Assembly: GCA_039814575.1 (NCBI GenBank)
Contig: JBCCAY010000006.1
Coordinates: 109,820-173,819 of the forward strand
Source of the DNA: Pseudomonadota bacterium
GTDB taxonomy: Bacteria; Pseudomonadota; Alphaproteobacteria; Caulobacterales; Parvularculaceae
Direction of reading: 5' to 3'
DNA: 64,000 nucleotides
The notes below the pieces were generated by a model. It searched no databases. It saw nothing but the letters and a program-made list of their open reading frames with translations, and was not told the origin of the DNA. The first letter of the stretch is position 1; the number at the start of each line of letters is the position of its first letter. The position numbers and the translations under genes are program-made. Of this stretch, positions 19,735-29,071 are shown one piece after another.

Positions 19735-20690
19735 TCAGCCGCTTTCGCCGTCGACGATCCGGCGTCGCTTGCTTCACCGGCGCCCGTTTCACGACGCCGT
19801 CGATCGCCAGCGCTTTTACGCTGAATAAAGAGTTTTCGCACCTTGCGCGGATCAGCGCCGACGACTTCAAACTCAAAACCGGCGGGATGGATTATGATCT
19901 CGCCGCGCTGAGGCACGCGCCCCGCAAGCGAAAAGACAACGCCGCCCAACGTATCGACCTCCTCTTCTTCCAAAGCGAGGTCGACGCCGGTGATTTCAGC
20001 GAACTCCTCAAGCTCAACGCGGGCATCAGCGTCCCACCCGCCGCCGCTGCGCGCGGTCACCGTCGGGGCTTCTTCTTCATCGTGCTCGTCATTAATTTCG
20101 CCGACGATTTCTTCGACCAAGTCTTCAATGGTGAGCAAACCATCAGTGCCGCCATATTCATCGACGACAAGCGCCATATGGATGCGCGAAGCCTGCATCC
20201 GCAACAGCAAATCCGTGATGCGCATAGACGGCGGCGCATATAATAGGTCACGGCGGATCGCCTTTAGGACCGGGCCGTCATTGGCTAACTGGCGATCCGG
20301 CGCGGAAATCAGTTCGACCACGTCTTTAATGTGCACCATGCCCACGGGGTCGTCTAAATCGTCACGATAAATCGGCAAACGCGAGTGCCCTGCATCGGCG
20401 AAAATGCGCACCAATTCGTCCAAGGGCGTGTTGATGTCGACGGCTGTAATGTCAGCCCGCGGCGCCATCACATCGTCGACGCGTTTTTGATCAAAGGCGA
20501 TGACCCGCTCGATCATTTCACGGCGCGCCGCCGGCAGGCGCGCTAGCGCCTCGCGGCCGTCTTCATCGAGGCCGCCATTATTTAAGGCCTCAGAAAGCGC
20601 TTCGTCCGCAGGCGGTGTTTGGCGAGACCATAACCGAGAGAACCACCGCAACGGTCCGCCCGGCGCGGGGGCGTCATCAAAACGCGTCAT
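19731..20690 (-). CDS. corC: CBS-domain/CorC_HlyC transporter-associated protein (CorC/TlyC family)
   Basis: A CBS pair (VMAPRADITAVD..., HSRLPIY, MVHIKDV) and a C-terminal CorC_HlyC domain. It has ATGA overlaps on both sides. Confidence 0.88.
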   Translation of the reverse strand: MTRFDDAPAPGGPLRWFSRLWSRQTPPADEALSEALNNGGLDEDGREALARLPAARREMIERVIAFDQKRVDDVMAPRADITAVDINTPLDELVRIFADAGHSRLPIYRDDLDDPVGMVHIKDVVELISAPDRQLANDGPVLKAIRRDLLYAPPSMRITDLLLRMQASRIHMALVVDEYGGTDGLLTIEDLVEEIVGEINDEHDEEEAPTVTARSGGGWDADARVELEEFAEITGVDLALEEEEVDTLGGVVFSLAGRVPQRGEIIIHPAGFEFEVVGADPRKVRKLFIQRKSAGDRRRRETGAGEASDAGSSTAKAAE

Positions 20691-21253
20691 CGCGCACCGC
20701 CATTCGCTATCTCACCATCAACCGCGTCCGGTCGATCAGCATAGGGCGCTTCGACCCCTATGCGCGCCAAAACAAGCGCCTCCATCGTCTCCATTCTCTC
20801 CGCATCTTCATCTGTATGATGGTCTAACCCGATTAGGTGCAGAAGACCATGGACGATCAAATGCGCCAGGTGATCGCGCACTGGCTTGCCGAGCGCCGCG
20901 GCCTGGCGGACGCACGTCTCTCGGGCGATCGCGATATCACCAATAAACGCCTCTTCCCCTGACGGAAAAGCCAGCACATTAGTTGGTTGCGGCTTGCCCC
21001 TAAACTGGCCGTTCAAGCGCTCCAGCGCGGCGTCATCCGCCAGCAACAAAGCCGCGCCGCCCATGGGGCCAGTCAAAGATAGAGCCGTCCGAACCGGTTC
21101 TGAAGCGTCATCTAGGGCCGCTTGGACCGCCCTAAAACACGCCGCCGCGAGGTTCTCGATATCGGCATCGACATGCGACCATTCCAGGTCTTCAAGAACG
21201 ACCTCAAGCGCCGCGCCATCCGCTGTCGGAGAATGATCTCCCTCCGGCGCCAT
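20687..21253 (-). CDS. ybeY: rRNA maturation endoribonuclease YbeY
   Basis: HLIVHGLLHLIGLDH (the HGxLHLxGYDH zinc motif). I chose the first ATG (MAPEGD); a TTG two codons upstream is also possible. Confidence 0.9.
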   Translation of the reverse strand: MAPEGDHSPTADGAALEVVLEDLEWSHVDADIENLAAACFRAVQAALDDASEPVRTALSLTGPMGGAALLLADDAALERLNGQFRGKPQPTNVLAFPSGEEAFIGDIAIARETCVRQAAALGKPVRDHLAHLIVHGLLHLIGLDHHTDEDAERMETMEALVLARIGVEAPYADRPDAVDGEIANGGAR

Positions 21254-21255
21254 TC

Positions 21256-22395
21256 TCAACGTTCCTTGCTCGTCGACGACGATACGGCCGAGGCCGCTCG
21301 GTCTTTTTTAGAGCGCGCGTCATAACGATCCAGAATCCGCCCAACGAGCGGATGCCGCACCACGTCTTCATTTGAAAACTTCGCCATGCCGACGCCGTCC
21401 ATGTCGTTCAGCAGATTAATCGCGTCCTGCAGACCTGACGCGTCGCCCACCGGCAGATCGCTTTGCGACGGGTCGCCGGTCAACACCATCTGCGCCCCTT
21501 CGCCAAGACGGGTAAGGAACATTTTCGTCTGAGCAATAGTGGCGTTCTGCGCTTCGTCGAGGATCACCACGGCGCGGGACAATGTCCGCCCGCGCATAAA
21601 CGCCAACGGCGCAATTTCAATATCGCCGGCGATGATGCGACGCTCGAGATAATCCGGCGGCAGCATGTCATGGAGCGCATCATAAAGCGGGCGCAAATAG
21701 GGATCGACTTTGTCTTTCATGTCACCCGGCAAAAATCCGATCCGTTCGCCGGCTTCAATGGCCGGCCGCGATAAAATCAATCGCTCAACATCGCCGGAAA
21801 GAAGCCGGCTCACCGCATGAGCGACGGCGAGATAAGTTTTGCCGGTGCCCGCAGGGCCAACGCCGAAGACAAGGGCATGATCGCGGAGCGCTGCGAGGTA
21901 TCGCTCTTGCGCTTTTGTCCGCGGCGTCACCATGCGTTTCGGCGTTTTCACGCCAACAGATTGCGGGGCGGCCTTAGGGGCTGTTTGCATCGACTGCGAT
22001 ATCACTTTTTGACCAACAGATTTCTCGCGGCTTGCGCGGCTTGCAATATCAGGCGCTGAGGGCGCCATCCGCGCCGCCGCTCGAACATCGCTTAAGTCGA
22101 CGGACAAGCCGGCTAGAAGGCGACCGTAAAGCGCTGACAGAGCGGCCTCAGCCCGCGCCCGCGCGACAGCGTCTCCCCTCACCGCAAACTCATTTCCGCG
22201 CGGATCAATCCGCACGCCAAGGAGGTCTTCCAACAAAGCGAGATGGCGATCGTGTTCACCGGCTAAGTCCTTGACCCGATGATTATCGTCGAACGCAATG
22301 CGCAGAACATCGCTCGGGCCTTGTTCGGCTGCACGTTCAGCCGACGCCGTTAAATCACTCGGTGAATCATTCGGTGCAGTGGTTTTATGACTCAA
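21256..22395 (-). CDS. phoH: PhoH-like ATPase (YbeZ)
   Basis: Walker [20 protein letters not shown], and a C-terminal PhoH domain. The longest ORF (to 22518) overlaps miaB by 134 nt, so I chose the in-frame TTG at 22395. This start is uncertain. Confidence 0.82.
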   Translation of the reverse strand: MSHKTTAPNDSPSDLTASAERAAEQGPSDVLRIAFDDNHRVKDLAGEHDRHLALLEDLLGVRIDPRGNEFAVRGDAVARARAEAALSALYGRLLAGLSVDLSDVRAAARMAPSAPDIASRASREKSVGQKVISQSMQTAPKAAPQSVGVKTPKRMVTPRTKAQERYLAALRDHALVFGVGPAGTGKTYLAVAHAVSRLLSGDVERLILSRPAIEAGERIGFLPGDMKDKVDPYLRPLYDALHDMLPPDYLERRIIAGDIEIAPLAFMRGRTLSRAVVILDEAQNATIAQTKMFLTRLGEGAQMVLTGDPSQSDLPVGDASGLQDAINLLNDMDGVGMAKFSNEDVVRHPLVGRILDRYDARSKKDRAASAVSSSTSKER

Positions 22396-23902
22396 GCTTG
22401 TCTTGATCCCCTGAACGCAGTTCGTTTGGCGTATCGCCTTGACCGCCCGCGCCGAGCCGCTGTCCGGACAAAGCGTTGGGCGTCCGCCCGGTGATTGTGA
22501 CGGGGGCGATCGTTCCAATCAAGGAATCTGGACCGTCAATATGAACGCTTTGCAAATACGGCGAGCGCCCAACGATTTGACCGGCGTTTCTGCCGGAACG
22601 CTCGAACAGAACCGGCATGGTCCTCCCGATTTGCGCGGCGTTAAAGGCGTTCTTCTGGCGATCCAGCAATGCTTGTAAGGCGGCGAGCCGCGCGTCTTTC
22701 TCAGCCTCCGGCACTTGCTTCGGCATGGCGGCGCCGGGTGTGCCGGGACGCCGGGAATATTTGAACGAGAACGATGAGGCGTACCCGATGTCGTCGACGA
22801 GCCCCATGGTCTCTTCAAAGTCCGCCTCTGTCTCACCGGGAAAACCCACGATAAAGTCACCCGAAAGGGCGATGTCCGGCCGAGCGGCGCGAATGCGCGC
22901 AATGAGGGCGCGGTAGTGCTCCGCGGTATGGCCGCGGTTCATAGCCTTCAACACGCGGTCTGACCCGGCCTGCACGGGCAAATGCAGATAAGGCATCAGT
23001 TTCGGTTCTTCGCCGAGCGCCGCAATAAGATCGTCATCCATATCGCGCGGGTGCGAGGTGGTGAACCTTATCCGCTCCAACCCATCGATCTTCGCCAAAT
23101 GCCGACACAAAGCGCCAAGTCCCCAGCTATCGCCTTCACCGCCCGCAGTCGCAGGCGGCGCGCCAGCCCAGGCGTTAACGTTTTGCCCAAGAAGCGTGAT
23201 CTCCGCGACGCCGGCCGCCACGAGCGCCCGCGCCTCGGCCGTAATCGCGTCGACCCCTCGGGAGACTTCCGCCCCCCGCGTGTAAGGCACTACGCAAAAC
23301 GTGCAGAACTTGTCGCAGCCTTCTTGCACGGTGAGAAAGGCGGTCGGCCCGTCAGACCGCCGCCGCTCGGCAAGGGCGTCAAACTTCTCTTCAACAGCGA
23401 AATCCGTCTCTAAAATGTCGCCACGGGCCCGCGCCGTTTTCGCCAAGATTTCCGGCAATCGATGGTATGCCTGCGGGCCGAAAACCATATCGACGACAGG
23501 CGCACGGCGACGCATTTCAGCGCCTTCAGCTTGCGCAACGCACCCGGCGACCGCGATGGTCATACCGCCGCCATCGCGCGCCTTCTCTTCTTTCAGGCGA
23601 CGCAGGCGGCCGAGCTCCGAATAGACCTTTTCAGCGGCTTTTTCTCGAATATGGCAGGTATTCAGAATAACAAGATCGGCGTCGTCCGGCGTTTCCGTGC
23701 GGCCATAACCAAGCGGCGCCAATAAATCCGCCATCCGCTCGCTGTCATAGACATTCATCTGACAGCCATACGTCTTAATATAGAAAGACTTTTTTGCCTC
23801 CGAAACGGAATACTGTTCGGACGCAACGCGATTGTCATCGGCCGTTTTGGGGGCCGCTTTAGGGACCGTTCGATCGATTATTGTGTAGCTGTCAGACGCC
23901 AT
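22385..23902 (-). CDS. miaB: tRNA-i6A37 methylthiotransferase
   Basis: [16 protein letters not shown] (UPF0004 domain), a radical-SAM [15 protein letters not shown], and a C-terminal TRAM domain. Confidence 0.95.
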   Translation of the reverse strand: MASDSYTIIDRTVPKAAPKTADDNRVASEQYSVSEAKKSFYIKTYGCQMNVYDSERMADLLAPLGYGRTETPDDADLVILNTCHIREKAAEKVYSELGRLRRLKEEKARDGGGMTIAVAGCVAQAEGAEMRRRAPVVDMVFGPQAYHRLPEILAKTARARGDILETDFAVEEKFDALAERRRSDGPTAFLTVQEGCDKFCTFCVVPYTRGAEVSRGVDAITAEARALVAAGVAEITLLGQNVNAWAGAPPATAGGEGDSWGLGALCRHLAKIDGLERIRFTTSHPRDMDDDLIAALGEEPKLMPYLHLPVQAGSDRVLKAMNRGHTAEHYRALIARIRAARPDIALSGDFIVGFPGETEADFEETMGLVDDIGYASSFSFKYSRRPGTPGAAMPKQVPEAEKDARLAALQALLDRQKNAFNAAQIGRTMPVLFERSGRNAGQIVGRSPYLQSVHIDGPDSLIGTIAPVTITGRTPNALSGQRLGAGGQGDTPNELRSGDQDKLES

Positions 23903-24100
23903 ACCGCCTTCGCCCGTCCGTTTTTGACAAATTGGCTCTTTTGAAGCGCCGAGATATGCCGTTTTGATTGTAACGACGCAAGCCGGCAGCTTTTAGCGCG
24001 TTAAAAGCGACAATTCAGCGCCCCACCAAACACCTATCCTCGCACGCTTGTGAGGGAATATGATTTGAGATTCGCGGACGGTCGGCGAATATCGATCTCA

Positions 24101-24919
24101 ATGACGAACCAACGTTCCATAACGCTTAAAACGGCGCTGACGGCCTGCCTAGCGGCTGTCCTTCCGGTCGCCCTTTCTGAGGCGGCGGCCGAACCGCGCC
24201 CTCAGAACACAGCGCCGAAAGCGGATGCGCCAGTAGGAGACGCCCCGACGACCGTCGGCGCGATCCATCCCGTCGCTGTTGAGGTGTTTCTATCGCAAGC
24301 CTGTCCGTCCTGTCCGCCGGCGGCCAAATTGTTAAAAACGCTCGCCCTTCGACCCGACATCGTCGCTCTGAATTGGCATGTCAATTATTGGGATGACATG
24401 CCGACGCGCGGCAAAGGCACATGGGCCGACCCTTACGCTCACGAAGCGTCAGGCAATCGTCAGCGCACATATAATTTACGCTTTAAGAAACGTGATACAG
24501 TCTTTACGCCGCAAATTATCGTTAATGGGGTGCATAGCGTGCGTGGCTGCCAAGAAGAGGAAGTGAACACGCATATCAATGATATGCGCACAGCACAGCC
24601 GGACGATAACGGTCCAGCGTTACTCGTCGAAAAAACGGACCAGGGCATCGTCGCCACAACAGAGTTCGGCGATGCTCCGTATGACGTCGTTCTTGTCGAA
24701 TTTAAGCGTGAAGTCGTCACCCCTGTCGGCGGCGGCGCCAACGCCGGTCTTGTTTTCGACGAAGTCAATATCGTCAGTGACGTGAAAATATTAGCGACGA
24801 CGCATTCGGGGAGCGGCACGTTTACAGCGGCCGCCCCGAACAAAGACGGCTGCGCGGTCTTAATGCAAGCCCCCAATCAAGGGGCCATCCTCGCCGCGCG
24901 TTATTGCGACACCCCCTGA
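24101..24919 (+). CDS. DUF1223 domain-containing secreted protein
   Basis: A signal peptide (TALTACLAAVLPVALSEAAA) followed by VEVFLSQACPSCPPA...NWHVNYWDD, the DUF1223 signature. I trimmed the start to MTNQRS. Confidence 0.78.
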   Translation: MTNQRSITLKTALTACLAAVLPVALSEAAAEPRPQNTAPKADAPVGDAPTTVGAIHPVAVEVFLSQACPSCPPAAKLLKTLALRPDIVALNWHVNYWDDMPTRGKGTWADPYAHEASGNRQRTYNLRFKKRDTVFTPQIIVNGVHSVRGCQEEEVNTHINDMRTAQPDDNGPALLVEKTDQGIVATTEFGDAPYDVVLVEFKREVVTPVGGGANAGLVFDEVNIVSDVKILATTHSGSGTFTAAAPNKDGCAVLMQAPNQGAILAARYCDTP

Positions 24920-25092
24920 CAGTACAGCGCAGAAATCAGCAAATCACGATATGAACGCTTAGACAGTCGCATCCAACCGCCCATATGTTCAGGGGCCACG
25001 GTCGATACTGAACGAACGTTGAGCCCGCGCCGATGATTGACCGGTCGAAAGCTTATTTTCGCCGTTGTAGAGGATGCGCGGGGGCGCCGAGC

Positions 25093-25512
25093 TTATTTAC
25101 GCACGACACCCTTTAACGGCACGCCATAAAGCTCAAGACGGTGCTCCACGAGCTTATAGCCAAGCTCGTTGGCGATTCTCTCTTGTAGACGCTCAATCTC
25201 TTCATTGACGAATTCAATGACCTCACCTGACTTCAGATCAATCAGGTGATCATGGTGGTCTTCACTCGCCTCTTCATAGCGCGCACGACCGTCTTGGAAA
25301 TCATGGCGCTCAACGACGCCGGCCTCTTCAAATAAACGCATTGTTCTGTATACGGTGGCTATCGAAATACGAGAATCAATCTCACTTGCGCGACGATGGA
25401 TTTCCTCGACATCCGGATGATCTTCCGCCACGGAGAGAACGCGCGCGATAACGCGCCGCTGCTCCGTCATGCGCATTCCTTTTGCGATGCAAATTTTTTC
25501 AAGTCGATCCAT
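25093..25512 (-). CDS. fur: Fur family transcriptional regulator
   Basis: MTEQRRVIARVL..., SIATVYRTMRLFEEAGVV (winged helix), and HHDHLID (metal site). Confidence 0.88.
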   Translation of the reverse strand: MDRLEKICIAKGMRMTEQRRVIARVLSVAEDHPDVEEIHRRASEIDSRISIATVYRTMRLFEEAGVVERHDFQDGRARYEEASEDHHDHLIDLKSGEVIEFVNEEIERLQERIANELGYKLVEHRLELYGVPLKGVVRK

Positions 25513-25722
25513 GGCGAAGCCTCGCTTCTCATGCGCAGAGCGCCCCGCCGGCCAGTCCCGCCGACGGCACGCGTCCCAAAGGGCGCTGTTCCCGTCAACC
25601 GCCTAAGGACAGGGACGCGACCGCCCGGCCATCCATTATAACGGCATGTTACTTGGTCTTAAATCACATGCCGCGCCTCGCCTGCAAGCGCCAATGCGCC
25701 TGGAGAACAGTTCAGCCAAGCG

Positions 25723-26181
25723 TTAATTACTGCAATTGAAAATGCGTTTCATCAAGATCGCTGAATCGCCGCTTCTGTAATACCCTTCGCGAGATCCGAT
25801 AGCGACAAAGCCGTTTGTTTCGTAAAGACGGCGCGCTGCGGCGTTGTCCGCGGCGACTTCCAAAAACAACGTCGATATCGGTGCTGCCGCGGCGCGGTCG
25901 GCGAGCGCTTGCAAGAGCGCGCGGCCAATACCCTGTCTTCGGCAGGCGGGATCAACCGCGATCGTCAGTATATCGCCTTCTTCGGCGGCGACGCGCCACA
26001 AACAGAAGCCGACAAGAACGTCCTCGCGGACGGCTTTCAATCCGCCAACGCCATGCATGACGAGCGTTCCCGAAACACCGCCGGCGCCCCAGCTCGTGGC
26101 GCCGAAGGCGCGCGCCTCCAACACTTCAAGGCGGGACGCATCGTCCAGAACAATCGGCGTGATCGCGAGGACGCCGCTCAC
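25723..26181 (-). CDS. rimI: Ribosomal-protein-alanine N-acetyltransferase
   Basis: GNAT motif A region RRQGIGRALLQAL...LFLEVAADNAAARRLYETNGF. It is overlap-coupled to tsaB upstream. Confidence 0.85.
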   Translation of the reverse strand: MSGVLAITPIVLDDASRLEVLEARAFGATSWGAGGVSGTLVMHGVGGLKAVREDVLVGFCLWRVAAEEGDILTIAVDPACRRQGIGRALLQALADRAAAAPISTLFLEVAADNAAARRLYETNGFVAIGSREGYYRSGDSAILMKRIFNCSN

Positions 26182-26861
26182 GACCCGCCCCCAAAGAGGC
26201 GTGACGCGCTTTCAGCGCGTTTCGCATCAGGCGCACGCAAGTAAAGCGGCGTCGGCGGATGGTCGCTCGGATCTACCGTTTCAGCATATCGCCCGAGCGC
26301 AATAGGATCGACGCCCGGACGGGCTTCAACACGGCGCCAATCATCGGGCGCTGTAAGCAATGCGTCAGGATCGACTAACGCAACCGTCCGCCCATGAGCG
26401 GCGTCAACAAGGCGCGTCGCGGCGGCGTCCGGCGTAGCAGCGAAGGGGGCTAAACATACGCCGCCCTCAGCGTCAAACAGCGCCGCAAAGACTTCGCCGC
26501 GACGCGCATCAATGACAACAGCTGTCATCGAAGCAGCGTCTACAGATGTTTTAACCCTCAACCGAAGCGCCGTCAGCGTATCGACGCCGACGACCCGGGC
26601 CGAATTTCCGAGCACAAACCCGCGCGCGAAGGCGAGACCGACGCGAACGCCGGTAAAACCGCCGGGACCAATGGTGACCGCAACCCGGTCAACCGCATCC
26701 GGACGAACGCCGGCGCTGTCAAACGCCCGCGCGGCGAGCGGCGGCAGAACTTCCGCATGACCTTTCTCCAATAAATTGAATTCATCGAACACCGTCTCAC
26801 CGTCCCTTAGGATGGCGAGCGAACAGGCTTTCAGGGCGGTGTCGAGGGAGAGAACGATCAT
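26178..26861 (-). CDS. tsaB: tRNA t6A37 biosynthesis protein TsaB
   Basis: MIVLSLDTALKACSLAIL..., TIGPGGFTGVRVGLAFARG. I trimmed the start to MIVLSLDT because the longer ORF overlaps the divergent amidase gene. Confidence 0.85.
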   Translation of the reverse strand: MIVLSLDTALKACSLAILRDGETVFDEFNLLEKGHAEVLPPLAARAFDSAGVRPDAVDRVAVTIGPGGFTGVRVGLAFARGFVLGNSARVVGVDTLTALRLRVKTSVDAASMTAVVIDARRGEVFAALFDAEGGVCLAPFAATPDAAATRLVDAAHGRTVALVDPDALLTAPDDWRRVEARPGVDPIALGRYAETVDPSDHPPTPLYLRAPDAKRAESASRLFGGGS

Positions 26862-27027
26862 AGCGCGCCATCTGGCCCAGCGGGTTCGGATTTGGCAAGC
26901 CGCCGGCCAAAGAAACATCCCGCGCAGCCAGTAGGATGATGGCGTCACAATGGGGGCGCCGCAGCGGGAGTGAATTGAGGCAGAGGACAACAGGACGCGT
27001 CGGGGGACGATAGAAAGGCCAAAGCCG

Positions 27028-27783
27028 ATGCCGACGACCCCAAAGGCTCCCACACCAAAAACGCCCTCGATAAAACCGCGCGACCCACGCGCGTTTCAAT
27101 TTGACTTGCCGCCGGACCGCCGGCCCGCGCCGATCGCGCTCAACGAACAATGGCTGCCGCAAGCGATTGAAGTCGGCGCTGACGGCGCTGCGCCCTGGCG
27201 CGCCGTGACCCGGCCGCGGCCAATCGGTCCTAAAGCCGATCCCCTAGAAGCGGTTGAAGCCATGGTGGTGCACGCCACGGCGGGAAGCTCCACCCTCGGC
27301 GCGTTTTCGGTCATGCTGGACGGTCGAGCCAGCTATCATTGGCTGATCCCCGACGAGGATGAAGCAGCCCATGGCGACCATGTTTGGGCGACGGCGCCGG
27401 AACGACGCGCCGCCTGGCATGTCAGAAATTCTTGCACGCATCCGAACGTCTGCGGCGGCCGCGGCCGGCTGAACGACGTCTCGCTTGGCTTAGAAATCGT
27501 CAATGCGCAAACCGCGTCAAGTCGGCGAGACCAACCTGATCGTTTCTCCGATTGGCAAATTGAAGCCTCGGCGGAGATCACAAGATACGCCTGGGCCAAA
27601 TATCCGCGCCTGCGCCATGTGGTGAGCCACGCCCGGCTCGACCCTGACCGGCGCACAGACCCAGGCGCGCATTTCCCCTGGGAGCGGTTTCAAAGACTCG
27701 TGCTTGGCGAGGATGACGTCAAAACATCAAACGACCACGCGGCCAATAGATGCCACCCCCCCACAAATAGAAAGTGCTATTAG
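27028..27783 (+). CDS. N-acetylmuramoyl-L-alanine amidase (amidase_2 / PGRP fold, AmpD-like)
   Basis: VVHATAG..., AWHV, SLGLEIVN, and VVSHARLDPDRRTDPGAHFPWERF are typical amidase_2 zinc and substrate motifs. Confidence 0.8.
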   Translation: MPTTPKAPTPKTPSIKPRDPRAFQFDLPPDRRPAPIALNEQWLPQAIEVGADGAAPWRAVTRPRPIGPKADPLEAVEAMVVHATAGSSTLGAFSVMLDGRASYHWLIPDEDEAAHGDHVWATAPERRAAWHVRNSCTHPNVCGGRGRLNDVSLGLEIVNAQTASSRRDQPDRFSDWQIEASAEITRYAWAKYPRLRHVVSHARLDPDRRTDPGAHFPWERFQRLVLGEDDVKTSNDHAANRCHPPTNRKCY

Positions 27784-27941
27784 CGCCTGCTTGAGCGCAT
27801 CAACAATATAGCCCGACGCGGCGCCCATCGGGCGCTGTTGCGGGAAAGGGCGTTATGGTCCGTACCATAACCGATGGTGAAAGAGGGTAGGGTCACGATC
27901 GCCGGCGCCCTCAATTGAGGACAGCGCAGCGCCGCTCGACG

Positions 27942-28151
27942 TTAGTCTTTCTCGTAGCGGAAGCCGATTTCTAGCGAAACTTGGTAGTAGGCGACTTTAT
28001 TGTTGTCGATATAGCCCCGTGTTTCGACAACTTCGAACCAATCGAGATTGCTGATCGACTGGGACGCGGTTTCAACGGCGTTGTTAATGGCGTCTTCGAT
28101 GGACTTCGTCGACGTGCCGACAATTTTCGATATTGAGTATACATTGGACAT
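27942..28151 (-). CDS. Dodecin family flavin-binding protein
   Basis: 69 aa: VYSISKIVGTSTKSIEDAINNAVETASQSISNLDWFEVVETRGYI..., the dodecin/DUF1458 pattern. Confidence 0.85.
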   Translation of the reverse strand: MSNVYSISKIVGTSTKSIEDAINNAVETASQSISNLDWFEVVETRGYIDNNKVAYYQVSLEIGFRYEKD

Positions 28152-28284
28152 GGGCGGGCCTCCTTGCTGGTTCGTCGTGAAACGTCAAACGTCAGGAAAC
28201 CACAGCCCGATGCATTTGGCCAATGCCGATGCTTAATATCGATGCTTAACGCTGAGGCTTGGAGATGCTCGTCGCTTGCAGCGT

Positions 28285-28890
28285 CTAGGCCACGGGCTCG
28301 ACCTTGGCGACTTCCGGCACATAATGCTTCAGCATGTTTTCAATGCCGGCTTTCAACGTATAGGTCGACGACGGACAACCAGCGCACGCGCCATGCATCG
28401 ACAAAAAGACGACGCCGGTGCGCGGCTCATAGTGCTTGAAAACAATGTCGCCGCCATCGGCTGCGACCGCCGGACGCACGCGGGTGTCGATCAGTTCGAT
28501 GATTTGTTCCACGACTTCCCGGTCTTCGCCTTCATAGTCATCGAGCGGCGTCGCCGCACTCGCTTCAGGCGTCGGCGCGGTATCGCTCATCACTGGTAGG
28601 CCGGCGGCGAGGTGGTCGGCGATGACGCCAAGAACGGCCGGCTTAATGTGGGACCAATCTATGTCGTCAGCCTTCGTCGCGGTGACAAAATCAGGCCCCA
28701 GAAAGACGCCGACGACGCCTTTAATGTCGAAGAGCGCCGTCGCCAAAGGTGAGACGCCTTCCGCCGCGGCGGCGCTTGGAAAATCAACGCCCACGGCGGG
28801 CCGCCCGCGATCGTCGAGACCAAGGACAGCTTGATCGGGCACGAACTTTAAGGACTGTGGATTGGGCGTGTCTTCGGTTTGGATAAACAT
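28285..28890 (-). CDS. NifU-like Fe-S cluster scaffold (Nfu N-terminal domain + NifU C-terminal CxxC domain)
   Basis: MFIQTEDTPNPQSLKFVP (Nfu_N) and MHGACAGCPSS (NifU C-terminal CxxC). I trimmed the start to MFIQTE. Confidence 0.88.
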   Translation of the reverse strand: MFIQTEDTPNPQSLKFVPDQAVLGLDDRGRPAVGVDFPSAAAAEGVSPLATALFDIKGVVGVFLGPDFVTATKADDIDWSHIKPAVLGVIADHLAAGLPVMSDTAPTPEASAATPLDDYEGEDREVVEQIIELIDTRVRPAVAADGGDIVFKHYEPRTGVVFLSMHGACAGCPSSTYTLKAGIENMLKHYVPEVAKVEPVA

Positions 28891-29071
28891 GGGCCGACTT
28901 TCTCTCGCTCTTAAGGTACGGAAGTAGTGTTCCGCGCAGATCTGTGCAAGCGGCGCAGCTTTTTCGATCAAAAAACTAACCGTCTCAGAAGAATACCGCA
29001 TCCGCACAATTGCCGAGTGCGGCTAAGGAGCGTATGTCGAATTTACTTCAAGTAAAGAGGCCTGCCGCTCC

